A DNA stretch of 64,000 nt. It comes from Camelus ferus. Taxonomy: Eukaryota. The notes beneath the pieces were generated by a model. It did no database searches, was not told the origin of the DNA, and saw only the letters and a program-made list of their open reading frames with translations. Numbering within the stretch: position 1 is the stretch's first letter; each line of letters begins with the position of its first letter. Below, one piece after another: positions 25,796 through 39,890 of the stretch. The stretch lies in the NCBI RefSeq assembly GCF_009834535.1, contig NC_045697.1, forward strand, positions 76,324,001 to 76,388,000, given 5' to 3'. Position numbers and translations under genes: made by a program.

Positions 25796-26478
25796 GTTTT
25801 GAGTTCATTCACATCTAAACTGCCGTCCCAACCCAACAATCATTCTGAGGAAAAGCCAGTCAGCCCCCAGGGGTTCTTTTTCTCTTCCTGGCAACATTAT
25901 AGCCTTGTTGCTGGATAAATTAATTACAGAGTTGGAGAAACAGTTCAGCTCCCACCCACCAGCCCCCTTAAGTATCAACATTGTGGATCTATTTATGAAC
26001 TTCAAAATCCAAGGTGTGATGTGCCTTGTCCCTGCACAGCCGACGCTCTGGCAGCGAGCAGGGTCCTTTCATGTGCGGAGACCCCCCCCACTTTGCAGCC
26101 TCATGTGGCCCGTGTCACCGCGGAGGGGACCCGGCGTACGATGGCTGCGCGGGTGCCCGCCTGCCCTGGGGCCGCAGGGGTCTCAGTGAGACGGGGAGGT
26201 GGTGTCTGCTCAGGGCAGACAGAGAAGAATCCTTCCTGCCGGCTTCCCTGACTCTTTGGTCAGATGGGGGGATGTGGCCTGACCGGGGACCCAAGTTCCA
26301 AGGCATGATTGTAACCGTGCTGTTGAGGCTATGGGAGTTATTTTGAGGATTGTTCAATTTTTGCAATTCCACAGACCAGGAAGTTCTCTCCTGTGCTGTC
26401 TTCTCTGATTAATGTCATCTACATGTTCATGCCGTGGGCCTCACTCAACCTGGGGGACTTCTTCTCTTTCCACCGCAG

Positions 26479-26570
26479 GTCTGCTGCCTGGAGGTTCTTC
26501 AGTGTTATTGGAAGGCTGTGTATCAACTGTCTAAACTGAACGCTGCTAAATCCACCTGTTTCCAAGGCAG
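26479..26570 (+). ncRNA. Candidate 92-nt internal exon, divergent from the 24.7-kb promoter
   Basis: Branch-like ctcac/ctcaac, acceptor cttctctttccaccgcag|, donor CAG|gtgaga; alternative donor CTG|gtaagc at ~26617; CpG-rich segment at 26020-26200 upstream. Confidence 0.4.
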
Positions 26571-26817
26571 GTGAGAAGCAGATGTGGCTGGTGGGACAAA
26601 CACGCAGCCATCCCTGGTAAGCGAGTGAAACACCACTGGAGGAACCCAAGGCCTCTCTCTGCAGGGCCTGACATGCATCCATCCTGGTTCTCCTGGGGGC
26701 TGTTTCTATGTTCTCGGGGCCAGAACCTCTCCCAGAGACCCTTCTAACTTCCCCGGGTCGGGTCTCCCTGCAGAATCAGAGAGGGCAAGGGAGGGAAGGT
26801 GCCCTTTTCTCCACAGC

Positions 26818-26831
26818 TCTGTAGGGGGCGC
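26818..26831 (+). promoter_or_regulatory. CTCF-like motif
   Basis: TCTGTAGGGGGCGC versus core consensus CCASYAGRKGGCRS. Confidence 0.5.
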
Positions 26832-27859
26832 GCTGCCAGGCAGGAGGCAAAATGTGGAGCCCAAGTGGGAGCCTGGAGCTGAGATGGTCTATTTGTTATC
26901 TTTGGTTCAGCACTTCAAAGGGCATTAGCTTTCATGAGGGGCCAAGTCATGACACCACCACCATGTAGATAATGCTTAAAGCAGCACCTTCTAGATCTGC
27001 CACACATGTGAGTGGGTGGTCATGGCAACTTGAAGGCGATCTGAAGTGGTGGGAGGAGAAATGTAGGGGAAGGAGCAGTAGGTAGCAGCGTTTTTTTGGC
27101 AGGTGAAAAAATTTGGAGAGAGTGTTGGAGGCGTCCTAGGGGCTGGTGGGGGACAGCAGGCTAGCAGGGTGGTCTGGGTAAAACTCAGGTCGGGAGCGGG
27201 GTGGTAGTTTGGTCAGCAACTTTCACTTCCCTGAGACGAGGTGCCTCCTTGATAAGCCATTTTCACTTCATTTCCAGTCATGTTTTCCCCTGGCCCACCT
27301 CCGTCAGCATTAATATAAGGTTTCAGTCTAATTGCCGCTACTTGAGATGTGTCCATCTCGAGCACAGGGAGTTGGGGGCCCCCAGAGAGGAGGCGGCCAC
27401 ATAAGTGTTCCAGTGTGAAGCCAGCCAGATGGCTCTTAAATGTCTGGTGAAGGAGCTCGGCCAGAAACCCCGCAGGAGATGGTTCCTGCCGCACGGCCTG
27501 GTCTGTGGTCACATTTCTGAATGCAGCCTCCCAAGAATTGTAGGGTGGGCTGAATAATCCTGCTTCCTGAGGGCGTGTATGTACCATGCAGCCCCTGATT
27601 TCAAGGAAAAACTCAGGAAATACGTGGTCCGAGGAGAAAGGAGCCTCAATAGGGTTTTTGTTGTTGTTATTTTGCAAGTATCTTGAAGTGAATGCCCACA
27701 AACTGCCCACACGATGAATAGCAGCATTCATCTCCCGGGGCCATGCGGTCAGAGCCGGGCCTGCTGGGAGACACTGCCCGCCTCGCCCTGGCTGCCTTCG
27801 GCTCCCCGCCACTCTTCCCTCACGGGGGCCCTGGGGGCTGCGAGCCCGAGGGGACAGGT

Positions 27860-28050
27860 AGATACCAAGAGCTTCTGCGCTCTGATCCCTGCTCTGACGC
27901 TGTCTCCTCTGGGCCTGGGGCTATTTGCTTGGCTTCTTCACCTCAGTTTCTTGATCCATCAAATGGGGATAATGGTGTTTACTTACTTGCCTCATGAGTA
28001 TTATGGGGATTAATTACTCTTTGTAAAGTGCTTTGAAGATGAAAAGCGTG
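27860..28050 (+). mobile_element. MIR SINE
   Basis: cctcagtttcttgatccatcaaatggggataatgg...tgtaaagtgcttt. Confidence 0.75.
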
Positions 28051-29329
28051 AGGTGGCATCATCATTATTATTATGAAATTTCTTCCACTGCTACCCGCCA
28101 GGTTCTGCCCGACTGAAGAGTATGTTTCAACCTGGGTTCCAAATGAGACCCTCCACATGCACATGTGCATGTACACACGCATGCACACACAGCCTCAGTG
28201 GGATATCTGGAGGTGGAGAACGAAAGAAACCACTTTCCCCTAGAAAAGGGCCTTTCCTATTTATGGGGTGATGGCCGTCATGGGATCTGGCCGTGAGAAG
28301 GGGCAGTGCCCAGTGACCCCAGGATACAGAGTGCTCTACTATGTATATGATTCAGCAGGAGCAAAGCCACTCCTACTTCAACCCTGTGCTCATGGTGTAT
28401 AATGTAATGATGCTTTCTTACAGAGAATTTTTCTTTCCTCTCGTGATACGAGAAACATAACCAGTTGGATATGTAAAATCCATCTTCTGCCTTATCTTCA
28501 CTGAGACGATGTGCCTCTGCCAAACTGCCTTCCATCAGGGGCCAGGGAAAACAAAGAACATTCTCAGAATTTCAAAGTCTCCTGAAATACATTAGATCAC
28601 CTCTCTTCTCCAGTGAGTATGAGCTCACTTTCTGGAACATCTAGAGACAGAAAAAAAGTTTTGTCAAACTGCCTTTTATTGGGGTTCTGGTAACGTCCCT
28701 TGGCTGATTGTGGAAATGGTTTTCTCATTGTCTGTATCTGTATCTGGTTAAACAATGGTGTGTCCAGCAGGTTGTGCCTGTTAATGGGGCTGAGCGTGTG
28801 GGGACATCTGGGGCAAGACTGCTAAAGAAAGAACGGTCTAATGGGGAAGAAATCTGTTGCCTTAGGATCTACACCTGACCCTATGGATGCTTTCCTCAGA
28901 AGTTCTAAGATTCTGGTATAGCATATACAAAATATACCTAAGTCTAATTTTGCTACGAAAGAAGAGGAGGCAGCATCCCAAATTCCAGAAGATACCATTT
29001 ATGATAATGCTGTTTATTTATGTAATGATCAGGATACTTCTTTTCCTAGTAGAGTAATTATACCTGGGAGGTCAGGAGGTAACTATGCAAATTACCCTGA
29101 GGGCAAAACACCAGGTGGGGAAAAAGCCAACTCAAATTATTTATTCAAGTGGAATGTACGAAGTCTTCCCATTTCATGTCAGATTGTGTTTCTGAAAGAG
29201 GGGGTTGAAAACCCAAATGCTGTAAGTCAAATGTGATTTTTAAATAGAAACAATGCTGTAACAAGGAGTTATGTCCCTGCTTACAGGTGTAATGGCCAAT
29301 TTGGTTTCTTTGTCACAAAAGTAATTCAT

Positions 29330-29960
29330 GTTCGTTACTTTAAAAATTAAATAAGAAAAAAGAAAAGATACTTTACATTTAAAGTATCCAAAATCCTTCT
29401 GTCTAAAGGTAACCACTGTTAATGTCTCAGTACGACTGTTCTTCAAGAACTGAGATGTATATTAAAAAAAAGAACAATATTGAACATAAGGTTTAGTAAC
29501 CTCTTTTATACACTTAATATAACACTTTTCCACAGCAATAAAATACATGTATATTGGTGTGGATTGGTATAACATATTGTCATATGCTTCCTGGCTATAT
29601 ATATAAAATTTTTTCTGATTTGACTTTTCCTGTTCATGTTCCAAGTCCATATGTCTCAAATGAGGAATTCATTTTATTATTATTATCACCATCATTAATT
29701 TGTTAGAGTTTTTTAAATGAAGACATAAATAGTGCTCTTAACTTATAATTTTGTTTATGGCATTTCATTTCATTTTGACTTAAGAGAGAAATGTTTAAAT
29801 TTTATATAATCATATCCATAAGTCTTTTCCTTGATAATTTTTGTCTTGGTATTATGCTCAGAAAACTTCCCTATACTCCAAAATTATGTAAATATTCACC
29901 AATAGCTTAGCTTAGAAGTATGTGTGTGCTTAGTTCTTCTGAAATTATTTGTGTGTCTTG
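29330..29960 (-). mobile_element. Old L1M fragments
   Basis: aggtaaccactgttaat and ttgtcttggtattatgctcagaaaacttccctatactccaa reverse L1 motifs. Confidence 0.6.
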
Positions 29961-30429
29961 TGAGCACATTAGAAATACTTGGTTATTTTTTTGGAAAGAG
30001 TTCCAGAAATGTCTTTCTGTTTTGCCATTTTTTCATTTCCATTTTTCTTTCCTTTTTTCCTTTTTTTTTTTTCTTTTTTTCCTGAGTAGGAAAAAGCAGG
30101 GTTTATGTTATTTGGCCGTCCGTGACCATTCTAAGGCTCTTGGACTTCCGTTTCATTAGCACTCCCTGCCTCCCTTTTACAGCAATGATGTCACACAATT
30201 ATATCTGTCCTGAAGCTGCACAACTCATTCCCTATTTGTAGAGCAGTGTCACCTCCTGATCGCTCCGCATGTTGTCACAACATATCAATATGCCTTCAAA
30301 GTCTCTTTCAGTACCCAAACTTGAGACTCGATTTGAATCCTGAATCCATGAAACAGAAAAAAATTTCTACTCTTGGCCACGCTTAGTACCTCAGCAATCA
30401 GTCGTCATTCTCAGAGCACTACTCTGTCC

Positions 30430-30650
30430 CCGACTGTGGATTCCAGTCTTGACCCCTCCTTCCTAGCTGGGAGGTCTGGAGCACATTCATTTATTCTCTC
30501 TGAACCTCAGTTTCCCCATCTGTAAAATGGGACTAATAATAACCTTCTTTGGCTACTTCACAACTTTATTGTAAGGAGTCAAAGAGATCATGGTTGTAAA
30601 AGTGTTTAGTAAGCTGTAAAGTAATATATAAACACAAGGTGTTATTATTT
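30430..30650 (+). mobile_element. MIR SINE
   Basis: ctctctgaacctcagtttccccatctgtaaaatgggactaataat. Confidence 0.85.
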
Positions 30651-31369
30651 CCCTTTTATTTGACATTATAAAGGATTGAATATAATGTGTGACTGTCAAC
30701 TAATAAGGATCTTTTTTTAAAAGATGCCAGACTATTAATACCGAAATAAATGCAGTCCTTTCAGTAGGCCTCAAATTAACTTCTACGTTGTCATCCATGC
30801 TCAGAATATGTTTTTAATTTCCTTTGTCTCTGAGATAGTCATAGACATCCTCCCTCGGTGGGGTGTTTTCTGTCTTGTTCACCTACCTCACCTTTCCTGC
30901 CCACCCTCCTCTTTTCCTTGAACCTCCTGCTCAGAGGCCTCTGCAGGGGACAGAAGCCACAGTAGGAGATCTCATGGAAGGGAGACTCACGGGTGGCAGC
31001 CTCAGATTGAAGCTGGCTCCCAGGAAGGGGGCTGGCTAGAACACATTATATGTTGTTTGCTGCTGGTCTGTCCTTAGGATATAGGCAGGTACATGGAGCC
31101 AGGAATCATCAGCAGGCAAATCTCACTCTCCACTGAGGTCTGTCCATTCAGTCCCACCCAGGAGCACCTGTAGAACTGTAGAGGCTGCACTGGACTAAAA
31201 GTCAACAACCCGAGTTCTGGTTCTGGTTCTGCAATAAACAGCTGAATGACTGAGCTACGCTGGTTTTAGTTTCCACGTTCTCACAATAAGGACACTGAAG
31301 GTGTTTAAGGTCCCTTTTACCTTGAAAACTCGAGGATTTCAACAGCCTTCCTCACAATGGTTTTGTGGA

Positions 31370-31550
31370 GGTTCAGACCTTTTCCAAGCTCTACAACTTT
31401 GGGCAAGTTGTTTAACCTGAGTCTCCATTTCTTCATCTTTAAAATAAGGAAAGTGCCTACTATATAGGGCTTTTTTGGATGAGAATTAATTGATAAAGTA
31501 CAACTAAAAGCATTTGGCACAGAGTAAGTGTTCGATAAACCTTAAATATA
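31370..31550 (+). mobile_element. MIR SINE
   Basis: tttgggcaagttgtttaacctgagtctccatttcttcatctttaaaat. Confidence 0.8.
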
Positions 31551-31659
31551 ATTTCATTCTCTCCATTTTACTATTCTCAAGGAGTGAAAACTACTCTAAA
31601 TTGCTTCTTAAGCTTAGTCCTTAAAGGTTAATATTACTGTTGCTAATATTGTATCCTCA

Positions 31660-31905
31660 TTATAGACTGAGTGTGCTCCCCCTCCACAGTTCATATGTTA
31701 AAGCCCCAAACTCCAGTGTGATGGTATTTGGAGGTGGGGCCTTAGAGAAGTAAGTAGATTAGATGAGGTCATGAGGGTGGGACCCCTATGATGAGATTAG
31801 TGCCCTTATAGGAAGAACAAGAGACCTAAGCTCCCTCTGCCCCTAGGATGTGAAGATACAGAGCGAAGGTGACTATCTACACACCAGGAGACAGTGTTCT
31901 ACTCA
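31660..31905 (+). mobile_element. MaLR MLT1A/MST-like LTR, 5' part
   Basis: tcatatgttaaagcccc...gtgatggtatttggaggtggggcctt...gaggtcatgagggtgggaccc. Confidence 0.85.
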
Positions 31906-31914
31906 GGGAAGTGC

Positions 31915-33670
31915 TAGGAATTTGGGGGAATAATTAAAACTAATCTTCATAGTACTGTGGTGGTCTATCTATCTATCGATCTCTATGCTTTGTCAAAACC
32001 CAGAAAACTTCACAGTACATAGTGAACATTAATATATGCAAATTTTAAACATTAAGAAGAGGTCAAGAGATCTCAAGATAGAATGTAGCCTCTGACAAAA
32101 TAATATAACTGTATCACAGACACATGTGGTAACCTTGCTGAAGTGGGAATAGAGAAAAAGCTGTTGACCTAAGTAACTTTGGAAAACAGTGTTTTAACTG
32201 GAAACTGTTAAGTCAAAAAACTTAAGGAACTGAGTATAAGCGCTGTATTCTAGTTGGTAAAGTTGCTTCTCCTGTGGTTTGGTTTAACAGTTTTGAAACT
32301 GCTGTACATGTTTACTGGAGTTGAACAAATAAACAGATACCAGGTATTAGAAGCCAAGTTTCTTACGGTTGGAGAGAGAGGTAAGAGATAAGCAAAAGGG
32401 AAAGGCTAGAATAAACCTTATAGTAATGGTTTAGAGTTGGAGACATTCATGAGAACTGATGTTTAGCTCAATGCAAGTACAGATGAATAAGTACAGGAAT
32501 AATTATCGTTGTGCGTATACATGGGTCAGTACACATACATATAGCTCCCAGCTCCTTCCACTGCAGGGTTCTAGAAGCAATGGCACCACAGTAGCAATGA
32601 ACACACCTGTCACTCAGATCTTGGTTTCTGATACAATTCTCAAAAAAAAAAAAAAAAAGGAACCAGAGCTCCCAGGAGAAATGACTGATTCCACAGCTTG
32701 GACAGGAAATATACGAAATGATCCTGGAACATTTTTTCAGTGCCATGAAGTAAAAAAACTACTCAAAAAACCAAAGGATTGGGGCACATCAAAGAGATAC
32801 GGATGGCCAAAACTTTAATAATCTGAGCAATAAAATAAATAATGCAGTGCTGGATTATAACTCAAAGTTTAAAATAGGTAGCCTTGGATCCATCCTGATA
32901 TAAATAAGTGATGGAAAAACAAATAAATGAAGAAGAGACAAATCTCCCACGCAGAAGAATTCCCAATAATTTGCATAGATTCTCCTCCCTCAAGGTGGTG
33001 GAGCTTGACCCTGTACCTCCTGAGTGAGCTGTGCTTTGTGACTTGCTTCCGAAGAGAAGAGTATGAAAAGAGGGGAAAAGTAACCTGACAGTAAAGAAAC
33101 CTGGCAAACACTACTTCAGCCAGGTGATCAAAGTTACCATTATCAGTGATGAGTCCTGTCGAAGTATGTACTCCTGATATGATGTGAGGAAAATAAAACT
33201 TCACCTCCATGGTCTTCCTCCTCAAAACCCACAATCCTAGCCTGACCATGGAAAAAAACTCAGACAAGTCCAAGTTCTTGGGCATTCTACAAAATACCTG
33301 ACCACAGCTCCTTTCATGTCAAGGCCATGAAAAAAAAAAAAACAAAAAACAAGAAAAGTCTGAGAAATTGTCACAACCAAGAGGAGAACAAGGAAACAGG
33401 AAAACTAAATGTAATGTGGCTTCCTAAAGGGAGTCCTGAGCAGAAAAAGGATATTAGGGAAAATTAAGCGAAATCTGAATAAAGTATGGATTTTAGTCAA
33501 TGACAATGTATCAGTGTGTTTGATTAGTTGTGACAAAGGTACCCTAGTCATGTTAAGATGTCAGCAAGGGAGGACATGGGTGAAGAGTATATGGAAATAT
33601 TTTAATAATCTTTGCAACTTCTCTGTAAATGATTCCAAACTGAAACATTTATTTAAATTTAAAAACATAT
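31915..33670 (+). mobile_element. L1MC/L1MD-type long 3' UTR
   Basis: aaacctggcaaacactacttcagccaggtgatcaaagtta...aaatctgaataaagtatgga...tttgcaacttctctgtaaat. Confidence 0.85.
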
Positions 33671-34679
33671 TGAAGAAAAATATTAACCACATAGGACATA
33701 TTATAAAACAGCCTGTCCAGATTGATCCCAATTTCCTATAACTGATACATGAGTGTTCACCAGAGGAAAGCCAAGTGTGTGCGTGTGTACCCTCAGAAAT
33801 GTGGCTTCTCCTTTCTGCTTTTCTGTATTTCTCAAATGCTGTCTTTTATAACAAACAGATATTATTTAAATCATTTTTAAAGTTATACTCAAATAAATAG
33901 GAGACCATGAAAGAGAGCAGCGGGAAGAGGGAGGTGAGCTACTCCTGGGAGAGCAGAGGCTGCTCTTCTTCAGATCAGCATCTTCAGTGTGACTCTGGAG
34001 AGAGACAGAGAAGCCCGAACAGGAGGTGAGTCCTTCAGTCTCTGTGATGATCATTCTTGAGTCACAGTCAAAGAACAGTCCCATCTTTCATTTTGCTACA
34101 GTAAGAAAACTGAGATGAAATGCCGCCAGCAAGGCCACACGAGAGGTTAGCGCGTTAAGCCATCCCGATGTTTCATCTGGGCTATGCAGTGTTTCAAGGT
34201 GACTTGAATGTGAATACCTTTAGGTGAGCCCTCTTCTCTGTTCTGACTCTCACGAGCTCCGTTGTGGAAGCATGTATTTGGGATCCATGCTTTAGGTAAA
34301 GTAGCCGAAAGGAAGACCTGTGTATAGGCTTAGGAGTTCTGAGATTCAGTAGGGGAAAAAAGGCAACCGCTCTTTCGATTCAAGGAGGGAAGAAAGGGGA
34401 AGTCCTTGTCCCAGTGGGTTAATTTCTGGCTAGAGCCAGCATGAATCCAGCAGGATCTGTGTGTGTCACCCTCTCCCTGAACAGAGCCCAGGGAACTGTG
34501 CAGCGCACAGACTGTGCGGCCATATGCAGCAGCTCTGACTCTCCATCTGTATCGTATTATTAAAATCATGTACTTAATAATGTTGCTTAACGTCCTGTTT
34601 TAATAAGGTGTGGTTTTGAGTCACGTCTCAATTCAAAACGCCTCTCAGTCAACATGACCACTACCGTGGCCCCATAATA

Positions 34680-34890
34680 TTTACTGACCATTGGCTACAG
34701 CCCAGACTCCATGTTTTCTCATTTGTTTCTTATACTGGCCCTAACCAAAAGTTCTAATGTTATCCCCACATTACAGATGAGCAAATAGAGATGTGGGGAA
34801 GTTGAGTAATTTGCCCAAGATCACACTGTGGGGCAGGGATCTGAATCCAGCCAGTCTGACTCCAGAGCCCAACTTCTTAACCACCAACTA
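34680..34890 (-). mobile_element. MIR SINE
   Basis: ttacagatgagcaaat...taatttgcccaagatcacac...gtctgactccagagccc. Confidence 0.8.
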
Positions 34891-35193
34891 TGTGACTTCT
34901 CACAAACTCTGCTTCCTCTCTTCTGCCGTATACAGTGCAATACCAGCTTCCACCTCGGCAGCAGGGAACCCTTTCTGAGGTGCAGTATGCTTATGAAGAC
35001 ACTGAAGTTGACTATTTTGCCTCATTTAGAAATAATTGCTATTTTAATCTATATGAGTCACTGATTTTCCTGTATTAATAAATTATTACATATAATTTTG
35101 AATATTATCACTAATAACTTCTTCGTTCATTTACTTAAAAGTAACTATTTTGTGACCTCTCATTTTTCCTCTGTGCTAATTTGCTTTTCACAT

Positions 35194-35330
35194 TACATTC
35201 TTTTCTTTTTTTTTAATTTAAGTATAGTTGATTTATAGTATTGTGTTAGTTCCTGGTGTACAGCATAGCAATTCAGTTATACACATATACATACTCTTTT
35301 TCATTACAGGTTACTATACATTGTTTTCTT
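35194..35330 (-). mobile_element. Young 5'-truncated L1 with 14-bp TSD
   Basis: TSD tacattcttttctt (35194-35207) / tacattgttttctt (35317-35330), 13/14 identical; poly(T) then aagtatagttgatttatag...ctggtgtacagcatag. Confidence 0.85.
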
Positions 35331-38300
35331 GACTGTTTTCAATAAATGCAGTATTTCAGCATTTGTCGTGCATGATTTTTTATGCAGTGGTTTATAGACA
35401 GAGGTCAGTGTTTAAAATGTCATATCATCATAGTTGTCTCTTTTGTCATAAGCATTGAAGCAGATATTTTTAACAGTTAGGGCTCTGGCAAAACTTTGGC
35501 TATTTGGATGCTAATTTATATTAAAATCTATTAGTTGATATTCCTATTGAATCACCTCCTGCAATGGGCAGCATAATCAAATGGATTTGCAAAGAGAACA
35601 TATTGATGCACAGATGGTTTTTTTGGTCTCTCTCAGGGAAGTCAAGTGCTTAGGGAAAACTAGAGAATTATAGTATTTGAAGGGAGAAAAAGGAGTTGTG
35701 TCCAAGAAAACAGTGTCAAAGCTGTTGGATTTGGTCCCTAAAGCAGCAAGCCTACAAAGGTTTCCTTGGGTCAGAGTCAAGGGCAAGAATTCCTATGATG
35801 GCTGCATTTATATTCTCTTTCGTGCAGGACAAGTGCTGCTACCAAAAATACAGCTTTGCTTCTCAAGCTATCAAAAAATGAAGACCTTTCCTCTCCTCGG
35901 TGAACACATCCTCCATGAATGAGCTGAACACATCCCACAACTTCCCTCAGATCTGCATCTCCGGATGAGGTCTCTCTCCTGAAACCCAGCCCTGTGCCCA
36001 GTGTTCACTGGGTACCTTCACTCGGGTGCCTTATTGGAGCCTCAGATTCTTCCAACACTAGGCTGGTCATCACCATCTCACCCCCACCCACGTGACAGTA
36101 ACAACCACAACAAGCACAGCCACAAGTCAACCCTACCTTGTGTTTTTCCCTCTTAAGTCCTGCAAAAGCCAACCACCTGAATTAGGCCCTTCCTTCAATC
36201 TACAAATACAGCTGATTACCAACTCATAGAGATTCTGTTTCTTCACTGTCTCGCACATCCATCCCTGTCTCTCACTCCCAGGCCTGTCTTGTGTGCCTTT
36301 CCTTCCTGCGTTGACTGTGGGCACCTCAATCAACAGTGTCTAACTTACAGCTAAAACATTTCTTAGGTCCCTAATGCCCCTCATCCACATAGTGCCCAAC
36401 CAAATGTCCATTTTGGGGAAGAATAAGAAATTAACGAAATGCTATAGAGTTAATACTTAGGAAATGTGCTCATTTTGGTCATTTGAATCCAAAGTGGAGA
36501 GATTCTGCTTCCTGGTACTGTGACCCTCCCACCTAAAGCTTTATAAGACTTTTGGAGCTTTTCTTGGATTCATCTGAAAAAAAATTTCCTTAAACTTTGT
36601 GACTCTCTGAAAGTTAAATTTCAAGTATGTGCATTTATTTTTAAAGCACTTTAATCATCTGTGCTTCCTGAAAAGGCAATTTTTATCGAACTCTTCAGAC
36701 TCCAGGCCATTAGGTCTGGAGTTTCTCTAACAACCTCCATCAGCCAGTTCAGAGGTAGAATTAGGCCCTGATTGCTGTAAGGTATCCATTGCATACACTG
36801 AACTAACTGCTATGTACCGTCCAGAATGACACTAGCTCGCTGCCATCCTTGGGAGAACTGAGAATAGAGTCACACACATCATTTTCTATTTTATGGTTCA
36901 TGAGAGGAACCCCAGTGAAGACAAGCTTCAGGGTCTCAGAAGAGGCCTTAGAAAAAGTTTCTCATAGTCTGACCAGAGATTGTGATTCTCAGTCTCATCT
37001 TTCCCTGATCAGTTCCTCCATTCACCGCCTCCTGCCCCAGAAAGCAAGAACCCCCACTAGAAACCCCACGGGTAGGACGCCAGCAGAATATTCTTCTTGC
37101 TCTTTATCTTCTAAGTCCTCTTTAAATACTCGACCAGTATTTAGCCTCAGAATTAGAAATTTAGGGAAAATAAAAACCAAAACCCTGCAACCTTTACTTC
37201 ATTTTGAAACTCTTTTTGCGAGGAACTAGGCTGGCATGAAAAGAACAGGCGTCATGGAAAGCTGGGTTTTCTTTTGCTTCTCTTTGAGGAGGAATGGTTA
37301 AGAACTGTGATGGCAGACATGAAAGTAAGCCCAGGCCTTTACAACTGGCCGCCTGTGAAAGACCCTTCCTTGACCTCTGTTCCCTAGGAAGAGGAAGGTT
37401 GCTAACAGGAATATTACAAGTTTCCATTCATGAAATGTCTCTCCAACCAAACCATGTATGATGACAACCAGTGGGTGGAAAAATTTTCCCCAAATCGGGA
37501 CTGGCTATCCGGCCTCCAGATTACTTCACTGCATGCCGAAAGGTTATCTGTGAGGAACTAGGAAAGGAAGTGTATTTGAAAACATCACTGGGACTTGTAT
37601 ACAACATCTTAAGGTGTTTGATCCTTTTATGAACTGTTGACAGCTTTTTGCCATTGAAGTCTATGTGAGAGTTGCCAGCCAAGCAAAAGGAGGAAGTAGG
37701 GCCGGCATGCTTGACCAAAGGACCCCTGAGAGCTGTTTAGATCACAAGACATGAGACGGAGAGAGGGAATGACCTAGAATTCCAAGAAGAGCTTGGACAG
37801 CTGGGTAAGCAGTTTTAACATGACCTATTTTGGCCATCCAAATGTTTCCCTTTGACTGTGATGTCCTTTTCACGTCCAGAATCCTCTTCATTCATTCAAG
37901 GATCCACACAAATGGCAATTCCCAGAGCACTCAGAGAGGTCTGTAGTAGCTGAAGATTATTAATAATCATGCCAGGGCACTGAATCAGTAAATGCACTTA
38001 ATCAGGCCATCACCAAGCAAACTCACAGATCGTCACAGAACACACTCATTTGAGTTTCTTACTGGCCATGACAGTTGCTTCATTGGGATAGTAACTCAGC
38101 TGAAGTGTCACATATTTGCTCCTACTCTAGCTAGGCTGTCTTTCCCCAGCTCCTGGTGGGTCTGTCTGTCTATACTTCACAAAGTTCTAAGTATTTCTGG
38201 GAAACGTTATCGATAATGGCTGCTCTCCTATGCTGTCCCTTGCAGGGAAGGGTTCTGGGTTGCGGCCCCTGCTGGAGACTCAGTCACTGGTATTAGATTA

Positions 38301-39447
38301 ACAAGCCATGAGTGGGAGGCCCTTAGTTTAAAAAAGAGTATGTCAGAGTCATGCTCAGTCCTGACTCTAGTAAATCTAGTGGATACTTTTAAATCAGTAA
38401 TAATGCAGAGTTATTAGTATGGAGAAAAAGAATCTTTTCCCAAACCCTTGCATCAACCACTCCTACTCGAGTTAATCTTGGTCTCCACCCTCTCCTCACT
38501 GCTCCCCTTTCATAGCCAGCTCATCTTTCCAACACAGGTTTTGTGTTTCTCCTGCAGCTCAGCTCACAGCTCAGACTCTACATAATACCCATCTCTTTCC
38601 CACACCTCTCTCCTTAGCTCCTTCCAAAACTTGACCTTGCATCATCCTAGTTGTCTGAGTTATGTGCCCATTAGTGATGAGTTCCATATAAATAAATGTA
38701 AACACACACCTCCTTTCCATTGGTGTCCCTGGTCACTGTTGTCACCACACTGTGCCCTTTTACCAGCCAGACCATATCATGGCAGGATAATTCTGTTTGT
38801 GCTATAAATTCTATAATCTTATGAGAATCAATAGCTTAAAAATCATATTGTAATAGTCATGCCGATGCTATAGATAGCCAACAACAGCACAGTTAATAAA
38901 TGACTCTTCTAGAAGCTTATGGTCCATCTGACATTCATGATTTGGAGAAGGGGGTCATGAATTCTTCATTGTCAAGTCTATGTTGCAACCACCTGACCAC
39001 ATTCAACAGGCATAGAGTTTCTTAGAAAAGCCTGATTTCCTTCCCAAACAATCTGCTTTAAAAAAAAATTATTTCTTTTGCTTCATTCAATAGGCCTCCA
39101 ATTATGTTTATTTTTTAAATAAGTTTGACTCATTTTCATAAATTGCTTGATCATTTCTTTCAAGTTAGTAAGGAGTTTCTGTGCTTTGAAGTAGAGTTTT
39201 TAGTTTTCTGGTTCCCCTTCAGGATATGACAAACTACTACATTGTCTCGAGAATTGGGGATAAATTGGTTCGGAGGCCAAACAAGCCTCAGGGACATGAT
39301 TTCTAAATAACAATTCCCATGTGAATGCTCCTGCAGCATTTCCCTTTTACTCATGTTTTTGTGTGGGTCTTTTTGTTGTGGTCTAGACTGGGGCAACAGT
39401 GAAAGAGTAGATCCAGATGTGAAATATATCTTTTGAAACTGATGTAG

Positions 39448-39448
<1 letters not shown>

Positions 39449-39488
<40 letters not shown>
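39449..39488 (+). repeat. (CA)20 microsatellite
   Basis: Direct reading. Confidence 0.98.
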
Positions 39489-39490
<2 letters not shown>

Positions 39491-39679
39491 TATATATACG
39501 TATATGTAGTTAAAGATCCCCGGATAAGAAAAGGAGCAGGGAAGGGACTCTAGCCTTACGGATCTAACAATCAAACAGCTTCTTTATGAAAATTCATCTC
39601 CTCTATTGCACAAATGATGAGTTTGGCAGATTTTTAGTTTTAAGTTATTGAATTGTGGATCTTAATTTCTGTGGTTTGA

Positions 39680-39890
39680 GAGATAGTGTGTCATAGGGGA
39701 GAAAAGCAAGAACTTTGAAGTCAACAGATCTGAGCTTGGGCCTGACATTAGCTCTTGACCTTGAACTAGTAATTTTCCTCCCCTGAATTTCAGCTTCTCC
39801 ATAAAGCAGAAATAACAAAATCTACTTGACAGGGTCATTGTGCAAAGCACAGTCTGGGCCCACTTAGAGTGCTCCACAGCTCATAAGCAG
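39680..39890 (+). mobile_element. MIR SINE
   Basis: actttgaagtcaacagatctgag...tgaccttgaac...tttcagcttctccat. Confidence 0.7.

Noticed and set aside
24975..25918. His/Thr-rich ORFs of 103, 158 and 89 aa
   Set aside because: They are translations of the CA-rich low-complexity tract.
27213..27812. 199-aa minus-strand ORF, the longest in the track
   Set aside because: No recognisable family, non-ATG start, and no supporting splice structure; consistent with chance in GC-rich DNA.
37123..37143. Inverted repeat TAAATACT-N5-AGTATTTA
   Set aside because: An 8-bp AT-rich stem is expected by chance in 64 kb.
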